In this document: positions 9,515-18,642 of the stretch, in pieces
Position numbering within the stretch: position 1 is the stretch's first letter
Layout of the letters: each line of letters opens with the position of its first letter
Assembly (NCBI GenBank): GCA_965263295.1
Contig: OZ253665.1
Location: 32,001 to 96,000, forward strand
Direction of reading: 5' to 3'
DNA: 64,000 nucleotides
Source of the DNA: Spirochaetia bacterium
GTDB taxonomy: Bacteria > Spirochaetota > Spirochaetia > SP-2023
The notes under the pieces: generated by a model
Database searches by the model: none
The model's input: only the letters and a program-made list of their open reading frames with translations
Told to the model about the DNA's origin: nothing
Position numbers and translations under genes: made by a program

Positions 9515-10876
9515 TTACAACCAGCGTGCGCAGAGCTGACGCAGCAACTCTGCTGCAAAATCATACTTGCCTAGCAGTGGCAGGGATACTTCAGGGCCCT
9601 CTGCGAAGAATAATTGTGCCTGGGCACAGCTGCTCTCAAGGTTCTGCGGACGGTTGAGTACAATCGCGTCGGCATTTTTCGTTTGCATTTTGGCCAAGGC
9701 ATGGTCTCGCTCTTGTGCTGGGGCCGCGCTGGGGTTCGCTCCCTCGCTCTCAAGGGCAAAGCCCAGAACTTTTTGGCGCTCTGTCTTGTGTGCGCCCCAG
9801 TGGGCCAGGATGTCGGGGTTCAGCTGCAGCTCAAGTGAATAGTTTTCTTGCTTGGGATTCTTTTTTATTTTTTTGTTGTGGTACTGGGTTGGGCGGAAAT
9901 CGCAAACTGCGGCGACGGCCAAGGCCCAGTCGCAGTGCGGGAAATGATCTGCGGCGTAATGAGCCATCTCGCTGGCGCTGTTGCAGTCCAGCACGCGAAT
10001 GCCGAAAAGTTGTTGCGCTAGCGTGTCGCGCACGGGGTGCTGAACTGCCATACCAAAGTGATTGGGGCCAAAGCGCTCGCGCTCAATACCCGAAATTAGG
10101 GTGACTTCCGCACCGAAGTCTCTTGCGGCGCAGGCCAGCGCGATGCCCGTCTTGCCGCTGCTGCGGTTGCTGATGTATCTGACCGGGTCCAATGCTTCGC
10201 GCGTGGGGCCCGCACTCAGCAGTATTTTTTTGCCGGCAAGTGGCTTGTACTTGGGTGAACGCAGTGCCGCTTCGACGCGATAGTAAAGTTCTTCGGGTTC
10301 GGCCATGCGCCCCTGGCCTTCGGCGCGGCAGGCCAAAAAACCACTCGCGGGCTCAATGAACTGGCAACCTAGTTGCCTCAGGCGTTGCACGTTTTGTCGT
10401 AAAACTTCTTTGCGCCACATTTCGGAGTTCATCGCCGGGGCGAAGAGCAAAGGCTTGCCGCCGCCATTTTTGTCTGCTAGCGGCCATGCGGCGAAAACAA
10501 GACTCAGCAGGTCGTCGGCAAGGCCGTTGGCGGCCTTGCCGATCCAGTTATAAGTGGCCGGAGCCACTAGAAAAATATCGGCTTCTTCGACCAGGGCGAT
10601 GTGCAGGACCGGGCTGCTGGCTCTTGCGGCATAGTTTGCGCCATCACTTATATTTGCGCCGTCGTAGCGCCGCCACATGTCCGAATAGACGATTTGCCCC
10701 GAAAGGGCTTCCAGCGCCTCGCGGCTGGCGAAGCGAGCGCCGGCTTCGCTGAGTATCACCCGGACGCGAAATCCCTGCTGGCCGAGCAGTGAGACCAGAC
10801 CGGGAATTTTATAGGCGGCGATGCCGCCGCCGATACCGAGCAGGACATTGCCTCTGCCCCCTGCGTTTGGTTTCAC
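9515..10876 (-). CDS. coaBC: Bifunctional phosphopantothenoylcysteine decarboxylase/synthetase
   Basis: GIGGGIAAYK, APAT.N.IGK.ANGLADD, APAMN, GFLAC...G.GRMAEP, SAGPTREALDPVRYISNRSSGK, AAVCDF, GFALE. Confidence 0.95.
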   Translation of the reverse strand: MKPNAGGRGNVLLGIGGGIAAYKIPGLVSLLGQQGFRVRVILSEAGARFASREALEALSGQIVYSDMWRRYDGANISDGANYAARASSPVLHIALVEEADIFLVAPATYNWIGKAANGLADDLLSLVFAAWPLADKNGGGKPLLFAPAMNSEMWRKEVLRQNVQRLRQLGCQFIEPASGFLACRAEGQGRMAEPEELYYRVEAALRSPKYKPLAGKKILLSAGPTREALDPVRYISNRSSGKTGIALACAARDFGAEVTLISGIERERFGPNHFGMAVQHPVRDTLAQQLFGIRVLDCNSASEMAHYAADHFPHCDWALAVAAVCDFRPTQYHNKKIKKNPKQENYSLELQLNPDILAHWGAHKTERQKVLGFALESEGANPSAAPAQERDHALAKMQTKNADAIVLNRPQNLESSCAQAQLFFAEGPEVSLPLLGKYDFAAELLRQLCARWL

Positions 10877-12363
10877 AGCTTCGGCTGGCTCCGCCGAAAG
10901 AGAACCGTTGGACTAGCTGTGAGTCCGTAAGCCACCAGGCCGACCAGCAGGCTGTAAGGCAAAAGTCTGACGCCGCCAAAGTCGGGATATAGCCAGTTGA
11001 GTGCGGTGTATGAGCAGAGCCCCAGCAGGCTTGAGCTAATTGCGGCATGGGCACCTGGGCGCCGCGTCAAGATACCCAGAACTATGGGCCACAGCAGGGC
11101 GACCTGGGTAATTCCCAGGGCATACAGGTTTAAAGTCACCAGTAATTGCGGGGGCTTCAGGGCGAGTATGGCACAAATTACGATAGTCAACGCAGCTAAA
11201 ATGCGGCTGAGGCGAAAATGCCGTTGCTCGCTGCTGGATGTTTGCGCGCGACTGGATGATCGGCTGAAACGGCTGAAACGGCGCGGCAGCAGATGGCGAT
11301 AGATGCACAGTCCCAGGGTGTTTAACGCCGAGTCGGCCGTGGACATAATGGCGGCGAGCATGGCGCTGATCAGCATGCCGCTAAAGAGGCTGCCAATTGC
11401 GCCGTATTGCGGCGCGCGGAACAGTTGGCCGATGCGTCCCATCACTTGGTCTGGCTCTGAGATATCCGGCAGCACAATACGGCCAAGAAAGCCGATAAAA
11501 TGGGGCAGAAAGACTAGCGAGCCGAGGACAGCAATCGAAATCAAAATCCCCTTGCGCAAACTCTGGCCATGCTCCAGGGCCAATAGGCGCGAAAAGCTAA
11601 TGGGTTGCACGATCATGCCGAATCCGACCAGGATGGTAAAATTGAGCGTGTAGCTTAGTGGCACCAAGCCGCCGCCGTCGGCCTGGAAGAGTTCTGGGTT
11701 TCCCCTGGCAAAGTGGCTCAGCCCGTTGGCACCGCCGGCTTTCTGCCAAAGGAAGGCGAACAGTATCAAGCTCGCTAGCAGCATCCAGGCACCTTGCAGA
11801 ATATCTGTCAATACCACGGCGCGCAGGCCGCCCAGCAGAGTGTAGACCCCCAAGGCCAGGCTAAATATGAATAAAATTTTTCCGTAGCTAATGTCATATT
11901 CGCTTAACGCCCCTTGGAGCAGGCGGCTGCCGCCCATGATGGCAATCATCAGTTGTATGGCGAGTATTATGGCAATTAGCATGGCGCAAAAACGACTGTA
12001 GAGGCGCGAGCGATAGCGCAGCAACAAGTAGTCGGCCAAGTCGTAGAGCTGGTGCCTATGGCCTAGTTGCCGTATCTGTTGGCCAAATATGCCCATGATA
12101 ATCAGGCTGACCGGGTATTGCACGGCGGCCAGGAAAACCCAGGCCAAGCCCCGGCTGTAGGCGACGCCGGGGCCGCCGATAAACGACGAGGCGCTCACAT
12201 AGGTCGCGGCAGTGGTCATAGCCAGAGAGAAAATGCCCAGTTGGCGCCCGCTCAAGAAGTAGTCGAAAGCCAGGTTTTTGGCACCGCGGCTGCGGCCGCG
12301 ATGCCGGCTGTACAGGGCAACGGCAATCAAAAGGACAAAGTAGGCGAAGATAGTGACGATCAT
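10873..12363 (-). CDS. panF: Sodium/pantothenate symporter
   Basis: SSF motifs YFLSGR, AMTTAATYVSASSFIGGPG, GGLRAVVLTD, LAAIMSTADS; lies between yhdT and coaBC; start 12363 overlaps the yhdT stop (ATGA). Confidence 0.88.
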   Translation of the reverse strand: MIVTIFAYFVLLIAVALYSRHRGRSRGAKNLAFDYFLSGRQLGIFSLAMTTAATYVSASSFIGGPGVAYSRGLAWVFLAAVQYPVSLIIMGIFGQQIRQLGHRHQLYDLADYLLLRYRSRLYSRFCAMLIAIILAIQLMIAIMGGSRLLQGALSEYDISYGKILFIFSLALGVYTLLGGLRAVVLTDILQGAWMLLASLILFAFLWQKAGGANGLSHFARGNPELFQADGGGLVPLSYTLNFTILVGFGMIVQPISFSRLLALEHGQSLRKGILISIAVLGSLVFLPHFIGFLGRIVLPDISEPDQVMGRIGQLFRAPQYGAIGSLFSGMLISAMLAAIMSTADSALNTLGLCIYRHLLPRRFSRFSRSSSRAQTSSSEQRHFRLSRILAALTIVICAILALKPPQLLVTLNLYALGITQVALLWPIVLGILTRRPGAHAAISSSLLGLCSYTALNWLYPDFGGVRLLPYSLLVGLVAYGLTASPTVLFRRSQPKL

Positions 12364-12668
12364 AGCCGTCCTCCCGCCTGTTGCCGGCCCGAATCCGCGG
12401 CCGGCCGCGGATTGTCGGGCAGCAGCCAGATGCTCAGGCTGAACAGCAGAGGCAAGCTGACAATGCTGCTGAGCCAGAACCACAGAGGCAGCCCTAAAAA
12501 TATTAAATTTAGCCTCGCAGCGAGGCCGCTGTGGGTGCCGAGAACAGCCCAGAGGAACCACCAGGCAAAAAATGCGAGACTTAATATCAAGCTGCGTTTG
12601 CCGAGTGTCGGAGCTTGAGAATTTTGTTCACTTTGCCAGTCTTGGGTATTTTGCTCTTGATCGTTCAT
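12360..12668 (-). CDS. yhdT: YhdT/DUF997-family small membrane protein
   Basis: Two TM helices with GLPLWFWLS motif, AAGGAG RBS, canonical position upstream of panF. Confidence 0.7.
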   Translation of the reverse strand: MNDQEQNTQDWQSEQNSQAPTLGKRSLILSLAFFAWWFLWAVLGTHSGLAARLNLIFLGLPLWFWLSSIVSLPLLFSLSIWLLPDNPRPAADSGRQQAGGRL

Positions 12669-13150
12669 AATGACTCCTTTTGCGCTTGTTTGACGCGCTT
12701 GTTTGATTTGTGGAGCCAAATAGAAGGCCGTCCGAGGCGGGGACTATGCGGCCGGGGAGTGGAGAAAATTAGGCTAGGTCCCAATTACAGTATCAATTGA
12801 CAATTGCCTGCTGTCATTGTCGATTGCGGTGGTACCTGGATTTCAGGTCCTGCGATGGCAGCACTTTGGGATTCGCCTAGTTTGATATTCGCCGGCAAGA
12901 GAGTCCAAGTCCAGAATCCTGCGATCTCGGCTCCGTCAAGCGCCCGCCATGCTAGTTTTTTTGTTTTTGACCGTCAAGAAGGGGAAGGCAGAGAAAACCT
13001 TTTCTGCTAAGATGACAATTCGGCTGGGCTTTTGGGGTGCTGGGCCTGGTGCGGGCGGTTTCAAGCGGCCTGATCCAGCGGCTTGATCAATCATATGTGT
13101 CCGGACCAGAATTCATGCGCCCAAGCCGGGCAGTGAGCAAAGGAGGGTGT

Positions 13151-13687
13151 ATGTTCTCAAATGAGAATATTCCATCAAATACTATCAATGGTAGCGATGC
13201 CAAACTTGGAATTTGCCTGCAGTATCGCTCAAAAAATTTTGGTCCGTTGCTTGTCGGCCTGCGCGAGCTGGAACCGGGCGACTACCACAAAGGCTACATG
13301 CAGCTTTGTGCCACGCTGACCAGTTGCCCTGAAATTTCGGAGGCCCAGTTTCATCAGATTCTGGCTGAGCGCGAGGCGGGGCGCTGGCATACCTGGGTAC
13401 TGACCGATAGCGTCGCAGATCAGGAGCGCTTGGTGGCGACCATTAGTTTGCACCTGGAGCGAAAATTCTACCGCGATGGTCGCTATGTGGGGCATATCGA
13501 AGATCTAATTGTATTGCCAGAATACCAGCAACATCAACTAGGGAAAAGTTTGATGCAGTTCGCGATTGACAAGGCGGAGGCCATGAACTGTTATAAAATT
13601 ATCCTCGACTGTGACGAAAGATTGCAAGAATTTTACAGTAAAAGTGATCTGAAATACAGCAATATCCAGATGGCCAAGTATTTTTGA
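13151..13687 (+). CDS. Glucosamine-6-phosphate N-acetyltransferase (GNA1-like GNAT)
   Basis: ERKF..DG..VGHIEDLIV...YQ...LGK and CYKIILDC.....FY motifs typical of eukaryotic GNA1; AGGAGG RBS; 10 bp upstream of glmS. Confidence 0.8.
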   Translation: MFSNENIPSNTINGSDAKLGICLQYRSKNFGPLLVGLRELEPGDYHKGYMQLCATLTSCPEISEAQFHQILAEREAGRWHTWVLTDSVADQERLVATISLHLERKFYRDGRYVGHIEDLIVLPEYQQHQLGKSLMQFAIDKAEAMNCYKIILDCDERLQEFYSKSDLKYSNIQMAKYF

Positions 13688-13697
13688 CGGCGCGAAC

Positions 13698-15716
13698 ATG
13701 TGTGGGATTATTGCGTATTGTGGTGAAGAAAACGCCCAGCCCGTAATACTTTCTGGCTTAAAAAAACTGGAATACCGTGGCTATGACTCTGTAGGCATGG
13801 CTTGTGCCCAGGTCAAAGGTCTGGATGCGGGGTTTGCCATGTACAAGGAAGTGGGCAAAGTAGAGGACCTGGAACGCCTCTGTGAAGAGCACAGCTTGCA
13901 AGGCTTCAGCGGAATTGGCCACTGTCGTTGGGCGACGCATGGTGCCGTGACCTGGGCCAATGCCCATCCTCATCTCAGTTTCGACGGCCAGGTCATCCTG
14001 GTGCACAATGGCATTATCGAAAACTACCTGGAATTGCGACGTTTTCTCGAAGGCGAGGGCCTGGTTTTTCAATCGGAAGGGGATACCGAAACGGTTGCCA
14101 ACCTCTTGGCTTATTTATTGCAAGTGGGCCAGGGGCGCGATTTGTCGCCGGCGGCCACCCGCATTTCGGCGCGAGCCCGGCTGCACGGCGAACAGGGGCA
14201 GGACCTCGCTTTGCGCGCCCTGCAGAGCCTGCCTCACTGGTTGAAGGGGGCCTATGCCCTGGCCATAATGTTTGCCGCCCGGCCAGATGAAATTTATGCC
14301 GTCCGCTGTGAAAGCCCACTCGTGCTCGGCCTGGGACAGCGGGGCAATTATCTCGCTTCCGATGTATTGCCCATTTTGGATTACAGCCGCGAAGTCATTT
14401 ATTTGCAAAACCACGAGATTGTCCGTTTAAGACGACCCGGTGACTCCGGTGACTCTGCCGCCGGGTCCGGTTTTGCGGCCATGCAACTCTACGATGCCGC
14501 CGCCCGGCGATTAGAGCCTAGCACAGTGCGCGCGACAAGGCTGCAAAAGCTACAAGAAAGCGCCGAAGTCGTCGACAAACAAGGCTACCAGCATTTTATG
14601 GCCAAAGAGATATACGAACAGCCCAGGGTCTTCCGCGACTTGTTTCGGCGCCATGTGGATGCGCACGGCTGGCGGCCGCGTTTTGCCTTTGATGAGCAGC
14701 AGGAGCAGAAACTACGGGGTATTCAGCAGATCGTTTTTGTCAGTTGCGGCACCAGCTACCATTCTTCGGTCTATGCCAAATACTTGTTGGAAAAATACTG
14801 CGGTATTGCCGTTCGCGTTGAATATGCCTCTGAATTTCGCTACCGCGAACCGCTGCTGGGTCCGCATACTTTGGTCATCGGTCTGTCCCAGAGTGGCGAG
14901 ACGGCAGACACCCTGGCGGCTTTGCGTTTGGCTAAAGATCTGGGCGCGGCGACTCTCGGCCTGGTCAACGTGGCCAGCAGCAGCATTGCCCGCATGGTGG
15001 ATATTTTGCTGTGCAGTCACTGCGGGCCAGAGATCGGCGTGGCTTCGACCAAGGTCTACACGGCCCAGTTGCTGATTCTCTATTATCTGACGTTCTACCT
15101 GGCTCACTTGCGCGGCCTGGGCACGCGCGAACTAGTGGCGCAAAAGTTGCAAGAAAGTCAAAAGCTGGCGGTGTTTGCCGGACGGATTCTGAGCCAGGCG
15201 GACAGCTTGCGCGAGCTGGGCCGGGCGTATGCGGGCTACCAGCACATGCTCTACCTCGGACGCGGATTGTATTATCCGCTGGCCCTGGAGGGGGCTTTGA
15301 AGCTCAAGGAGCTGAGCTACATCCACGCCGAAGCTTACGCTGCGGCTGAAATGAAACACGGCCCCATCGCGTTAATTGACAATCGCATGCCCGTGCTGGT
15401 GCTGGTACCGAGCTGTGGCACCCTCTACGAAAAAATGCAGAGCAATATTGCCGAGGTGAAAGCTCGTGGCGGCCGCATCCTGGCATTTGTCGGCGCGGCC
15501 GCCGGCAGTCAAGAGACAGAAGAAGCCGGCGCAGCCTCGTTTGCCGAGCTAAAAGCTCTCTACAACGACCATTTTGTGCTGCCGTCCATTAGCGAAGAGC
15601 TGGATGTGCTGATTCTCGCCTTGCCTCTGCAGCTGTTTGCCTACCATATTGCCGTGGTCAAGGGCATCGACCCGGACCAGCCGCGCAACCTAGCTAAATC
15701 CGTGACGGTGGAATAA
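13698..15716 (+). CDS. glmS: Glutamine-fructose-6-phosphate aminotransferase
   Basis: MCGI N-terminus, LEYRGYDS, GHCRWATHG, SQSGETADTL, GPEIGVASTK, PRNLAKSVTVE C-terminus. Confidence 0.97.
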   Translation: MCGIIAYCGEENAQPVILSGLKKLEYRGYDSVGMACAQVKGLDAGFAMYKEVGKVEDLERLCEEHSLQGFSGIGHCRWATHGAVTWANAHPHLSFDGQVILVHNGIIENYLELRRFLEGEGLVFQSEGDTETVANLLAYLLQVGQGRDLSPAATRISARARLHGEQGQDLALRALQSLPHWLKGAYALAIMFAARPDEIYAVRCESPLVLGLGQRGNYLASDVLPILDYSREVIYLQNHEIVRLRRPGDSGDSAAGSGFAAMQLYDAAARRLEPSTVRATRLQKLQESAEVVDKQGYQHFMAKEIYEQPRVFRDLFRRHVDAHGWRPRFAFDEQQEQKLRGIQQIVFVSCGTSYHSSVYAKYLLEKYCGIAVRVEYASEFRYREPLLGPHTLVIGLSQSGETADTLAALRLAKDLGAATLGLVNVASSSIARMVDILLCSHCGPEIGVASTKVYTAQLLILYYLTFYLAHLRGLGTRELVAQKLQESQKLAVFAGRILSQADSLRELGRAYAGYQHMLYLGRGLYYPLALEGALKLKELSYIHAEAYAAAEMKHGPIALIDNRMPVLVLVPSCGTLYEKMQSNIAEVKARGGRILAFVGAAAGSQETEEAGAASFAELKALYNDHFVLPSISEELDVLILALPLQLFAYHIAVVKGIDPDQPRNLAKSVTVE

Positions 15717-15722
15717 AGCCTT

Positions 15723-16298
15723 ATGGATGATAAGATGGCTGACATGGGCAAAACAAAGCGGCGGGCCATTCTGACAAAGAGGGGCTGGATCATCTTTCTG
15801 GCCGTTTTTTTGTGTTATATCCTGGTATTATCGTATTTCGCATATCCGTATATCAAATTTATATTTATCAATGAAACAATTAATCGGCACAAAGCGAATA
15901 AAGCGATGCAGGAACTCATAACAGAGATGCCGTACCGGGATGCGGTAAAAAAGAGTGAAATAGCTCATTTTCACTGGAATAGTAACTACTGCTTCTATGT
16001 CGCGATCGCGTATATCTCGGATATTCCCGCGGCAGAACCGGAACAGGTAAAGGATTCCATATTTCACTATCTCAAGACTGCGCGAGAAGTGCCCTCAATA
16101 TATCATGTCGAGCACAATGGCAAGGAGACTGTCACTAGCTTGGAACACGGCATTTATATGAAAGACTACGACTATGACCGATCTACCGATGAGCAATTTC
16201 GGGACCACTTTTCTTCGATAAAAATACCGCCAGATGTCCATTTTATTGTGGGCTGGGAAGTCATCGAAGATTATCAGGATTCCTTGCAATGCCATTGA
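15723..16298 (+). CDS. Hypothetical single-pass membrane protein
   Basis: 191-aa ORF with one N-terminal TM helix, directly after glmS, AT-richer than its neighbours. Confidence 0.6.
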   Translation: MDDKMADMGKTKRRAILTKRGWIIFLAVFLCYILVLSYFAYPYIKFIFINETINRHKANKAMQELITEMPYRDAVKKSEIAHFHWNSNYCFYVAIAYISDIPAAEPEQVKDSIFHYLKTAREVPSIYHVEHNGKETVTSLEHGIYMKDYDYDRSTDEQFRDHFSSIKIPPDVHFIVGWEVIEDYQDSLQCH

Positions 16299-16520
16299 GT
16301 GCCCGTCACTGGCTCAGGCCTCGTGTGGCCTTGAATCTGGGCGTGTGTTTTCTGAGTCTGGCGCGGGGCGTCCTCTCTTGCGGCTGTTCAACTTGACGAT
16401 ACACACAAAACCGCGAATCATTGAGCGCAGAGGATAAAAACGAACAGTTCAGCCTTGCCCGGGATTCTTAGAGGTGACAATGGGAGCGTCAAAGTTGACC
16501 GCCAAAATACGGGGGAAAAT

Positions 16521-17945
16521 ATGCCAAATAACGCCTTGCGCGGCAAGCACCGCGCGCCAAATGATCGAGCAGAACAGACGGCACAGCTCGATTTAGAGCG
16601 GGGAACCAGGGCTTACAGTGGGGAGGAACTCAGGCAAATGGACCGGGCGCACGTCTGGCATCCTTACAGCGATATTGACGAGTTGCAGCAGCTTGAGTTT
16701 CCGCTGCTTGAGCGCGCTGAGGGTTGTTATCTCTATGACCGCGACGGCGGCCGCTATCTGGATGGTATTGCCTCGTGGTGGTGCGTCAACTTTGGCCATT
16801 CTCACCCGCGCCTACTGGCAGCCATCCGCGCGCAGAGCGAGGCGTTGCAGAATGTGATCCTCGCGGGTATGTCGCACGAGAAGGCCATTTTGCTGGCGCG
16901 GAAGCTGGCCGGCCTGGCGCCGATTCCCGGCGCTCATTGCTATTTTGCCAGCGATGGGGCCTCCGCGGTCGAGGCGGCCCTGCGCATGGCCCTGCATTAC
17001 TGGGAAAATGTGGGCGAACGGCGGCGCAAGAAATTCCTTTGCCTGCAGGACGGCTACCACGGTGACACGATGGGAACGCTGGGCGTGGGTTATGTCGAGC
17101 GTTTCCACCACCAATTGCGCGATCTGCTGCCACAGAACTACCGCGCGGCTTCGCCGCACTGCGCGGCCTGCCCGTACGGCCTGAAGCCCGCTTCTTGCCA
17201 GGCGCAATGCTTTGCCAGCATGGAGCGGCTGTTTGCCGAGCACGCCCAGGACTGCGCGGCGGTGATCGTCGAGCCGCTGTGCCAGGGCGCCGGCGGTGTG
17301 CGCATTTATTCATCAATATATTTGCAAAAGTTGCGCCAGCTCTGCGATCAGACTGGCGTGCTCTTGATCTGCGACGAGATTGCCGTGGGTTTTGGCCGCA
17401 CCGGGGCGATGTTCGCTTGCGAGAAAGTGGGTATCGTGCCGGACCTGATGACGGTGGGCAAGGGCCTCACGGGCGGTTACCTGCCGATGAGCGCGGTGCT
17501 CGCCCGCGATGAAATTTACCAAAGTTTTCGCCCCTCGCGCGGCGGCGATACCTTTTTTCACGGCCACACTTACTGCGGCAACCCGATCGTTTCGGCTCTG
17601 GCCCTGCGGGCTCTGGACTTGTATGGCGAGGAGCGCGTCCTCGAGCGCATCCAGCCGCTAATCGCGCTGCTGACCACAGAAATCACGGCCTTGCAGCAAA
17701 ACTTTTTGCCGCAGTCGTACAGCAATTCTCTGGGCATGATTGCGGCCATCGAAATTTGCGAGGCCGAAGGGGGCGCCCGTGCCGCCGCCGAGTTGGCTGC
17801 CGCCGCCTGGCGGCGCGGACTGTTTGTGCGCCCCTTGTCGAATGTCTTGTACCTGTGGCCGCCGCTGCTGATCAGCGAGGCCGAGCTGCGTTTTTGTTTT
17901 AACGTGCTGCGCGAGTGCCTGGCGGAGCGCGGCCGAGCCGGCTGA
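16521..17945 (+). CDS. bioA: Adenosylmethionine-8-amino-7-oxononanoate aminotransferase
   Basis: VWHPY, DGIASWW, YHGDT, DEIAVGFGRTG, GKGLTGGYLP, HGHTYCGNP. Confidence 0.93.
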   Translation: MPNNALRGKHRAPNDRAEQTAQLDLERGTRAYSGEELRQMDRAHVWHPYSDIDELQQLEFPLLERAEGCYLYDRDGGRYLDGIASWWCVNFGHSHPRLLAAIRAQSEALQNVILAGMSHEKAILLARKLAGLAPIPGAHCYFASDGASAVEAALRMALHYWENVGERRRKKFLCLQDGYHGDTMGTLGVGYVERFHHQLRDLLPQNYRAASPHCAACPYGLKPASCQAQCFASMERLFAEHAQDCAAVIVEPLCQGAGGVRIYSSIYLQKLRQLCDQTGVLLICDEIAVGFGRTGAMFACEKVGIVPDLMTVGKGLTGGYLPMSAVLARDEIYQSFRPSRGGDTFFHGHTYCGNPIVSALALRALDLYGEERVLERIQPLIALLTTEITALQQNFLPQSYSNSLGMIAAIEICEAEGGARAAAELAAAAWRRGLFVRPLSNVLYLWPPLLISEAELRFCFNVLRECLAERGRAG

Positions 17946-17968
17946 TGGCATAAAATTACTTTGCCCCC

Positions 17969-17997
17969 TTGCTAGAGCGGCGGCTTTTGCTTAAACT
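17969..17997 (+). promoter_or_regulatory. Putative sigma70 promoter of tmRNA
   Basis: TTGCTA-17 bp-TAAACT with an extended -10 TG, about 30 bp upstream of the mature 5' end. Confidence 0.55.
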
Positions 17998-18026
17998 GAT
18001 TTCACTTCTTCGCCCCAAACTTTTAC

Positions 18027-18399
18027 GGGGGTGTACTGGATTCGACTGGAGGTTTATGGTAGCTGGACGGCAGGTGGAGCGTAACTCCTTAAAATGCAAA
18101 CTCTTTTAGTTGCCAAGGAAGAAGAAAACTTCGTACTCGCAGAAGCTGAGTACGAAGAATTGGCACTGGCTGCCTAGCAGCCACGGGCTTAGGGAATGCG
18201 GCTTCGAGTTCCCGTTAGCTTGTTAGACTCCGAGGCTTGCCGCTGTTCATGTGCTGCGGGGCAGTGGGACTTTTAGCAGTGCTGGCAGTCGCCAAGCACG
18301 TTAGCTTGTCTTTGCGGCTGTGAGATCCGATAGCTGACTAAACCTGTAGAAGTTCATCTGTCACCCTTTGGCACGCGGGTTCGATTCCCGCCACCTCCA
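18027..18399 (+). ncRNA. ssrA: tmRNA (transfer-messenger RNA)
   Basis: 5' GGGGGTGTACTGGATTCGAC; 3' T-arm and acceptor GCGGGTTCGATTCCCGCCACCTCCA; tag ORF 18112-18177 AKEEENFVLAEAEYEELALAA* after a TAGTT resume context. Confidence 0.96.
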
Positions 18400-18450
18400 A
18401 TTATAATAAAAGCCGCAGCATACGCTGCGGCTTTTATTATAATTGGAGGT
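18393..18450. terminator. Perfect 27-bp inverted repeat overlapping the tmRNA 3' end; probable bidirectional terminator
   Basis: acctccaattataataaaagccgcagc-atac-gctgcggcttttattataattggaggt. Confidence 0.8.
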
Positions 18451-18563
18451 CCAGTTTGGAGGCCAGGATTGAGAGTTGAGTATCTGGCAGCGATCGTTTG
18501 CTTTTGTTCCCCTGTGACTTGCGGCAGTCAAGTGAGTTACGATCTTTAAACCGGCGGGATGAA

Positions 18564-18592
18564 TTGACATAGCGGCCAGATTTTCTTACTTT
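18564..18592 (+). promoter_or_regulatory. Putative sigma70 promoter of the first island operon
   Basis: TTGACA-17 bp-TACTTT, followed by a GGAGGT RBS and ATG at 18643. Confidence 0.6.
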
Positions 18593-18642
18593 TGCTAAAA
18601 ATACCTTGTTGATGAGCCAGGTTATTGGTAGGAGGTGATTTA

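Noticed and set aside
12720..13150. glmS ribozyme upstream of the GNA1-glmS operon
   Set aside because: AGCGCC occurs, but the conserved GACGAGG core and the P2/P2.1 pairing are not present
16390..16425. BirA operator upstream of bioA
   Set aside because: No TGTAAAC...GTTTACA-type inverted repeat found
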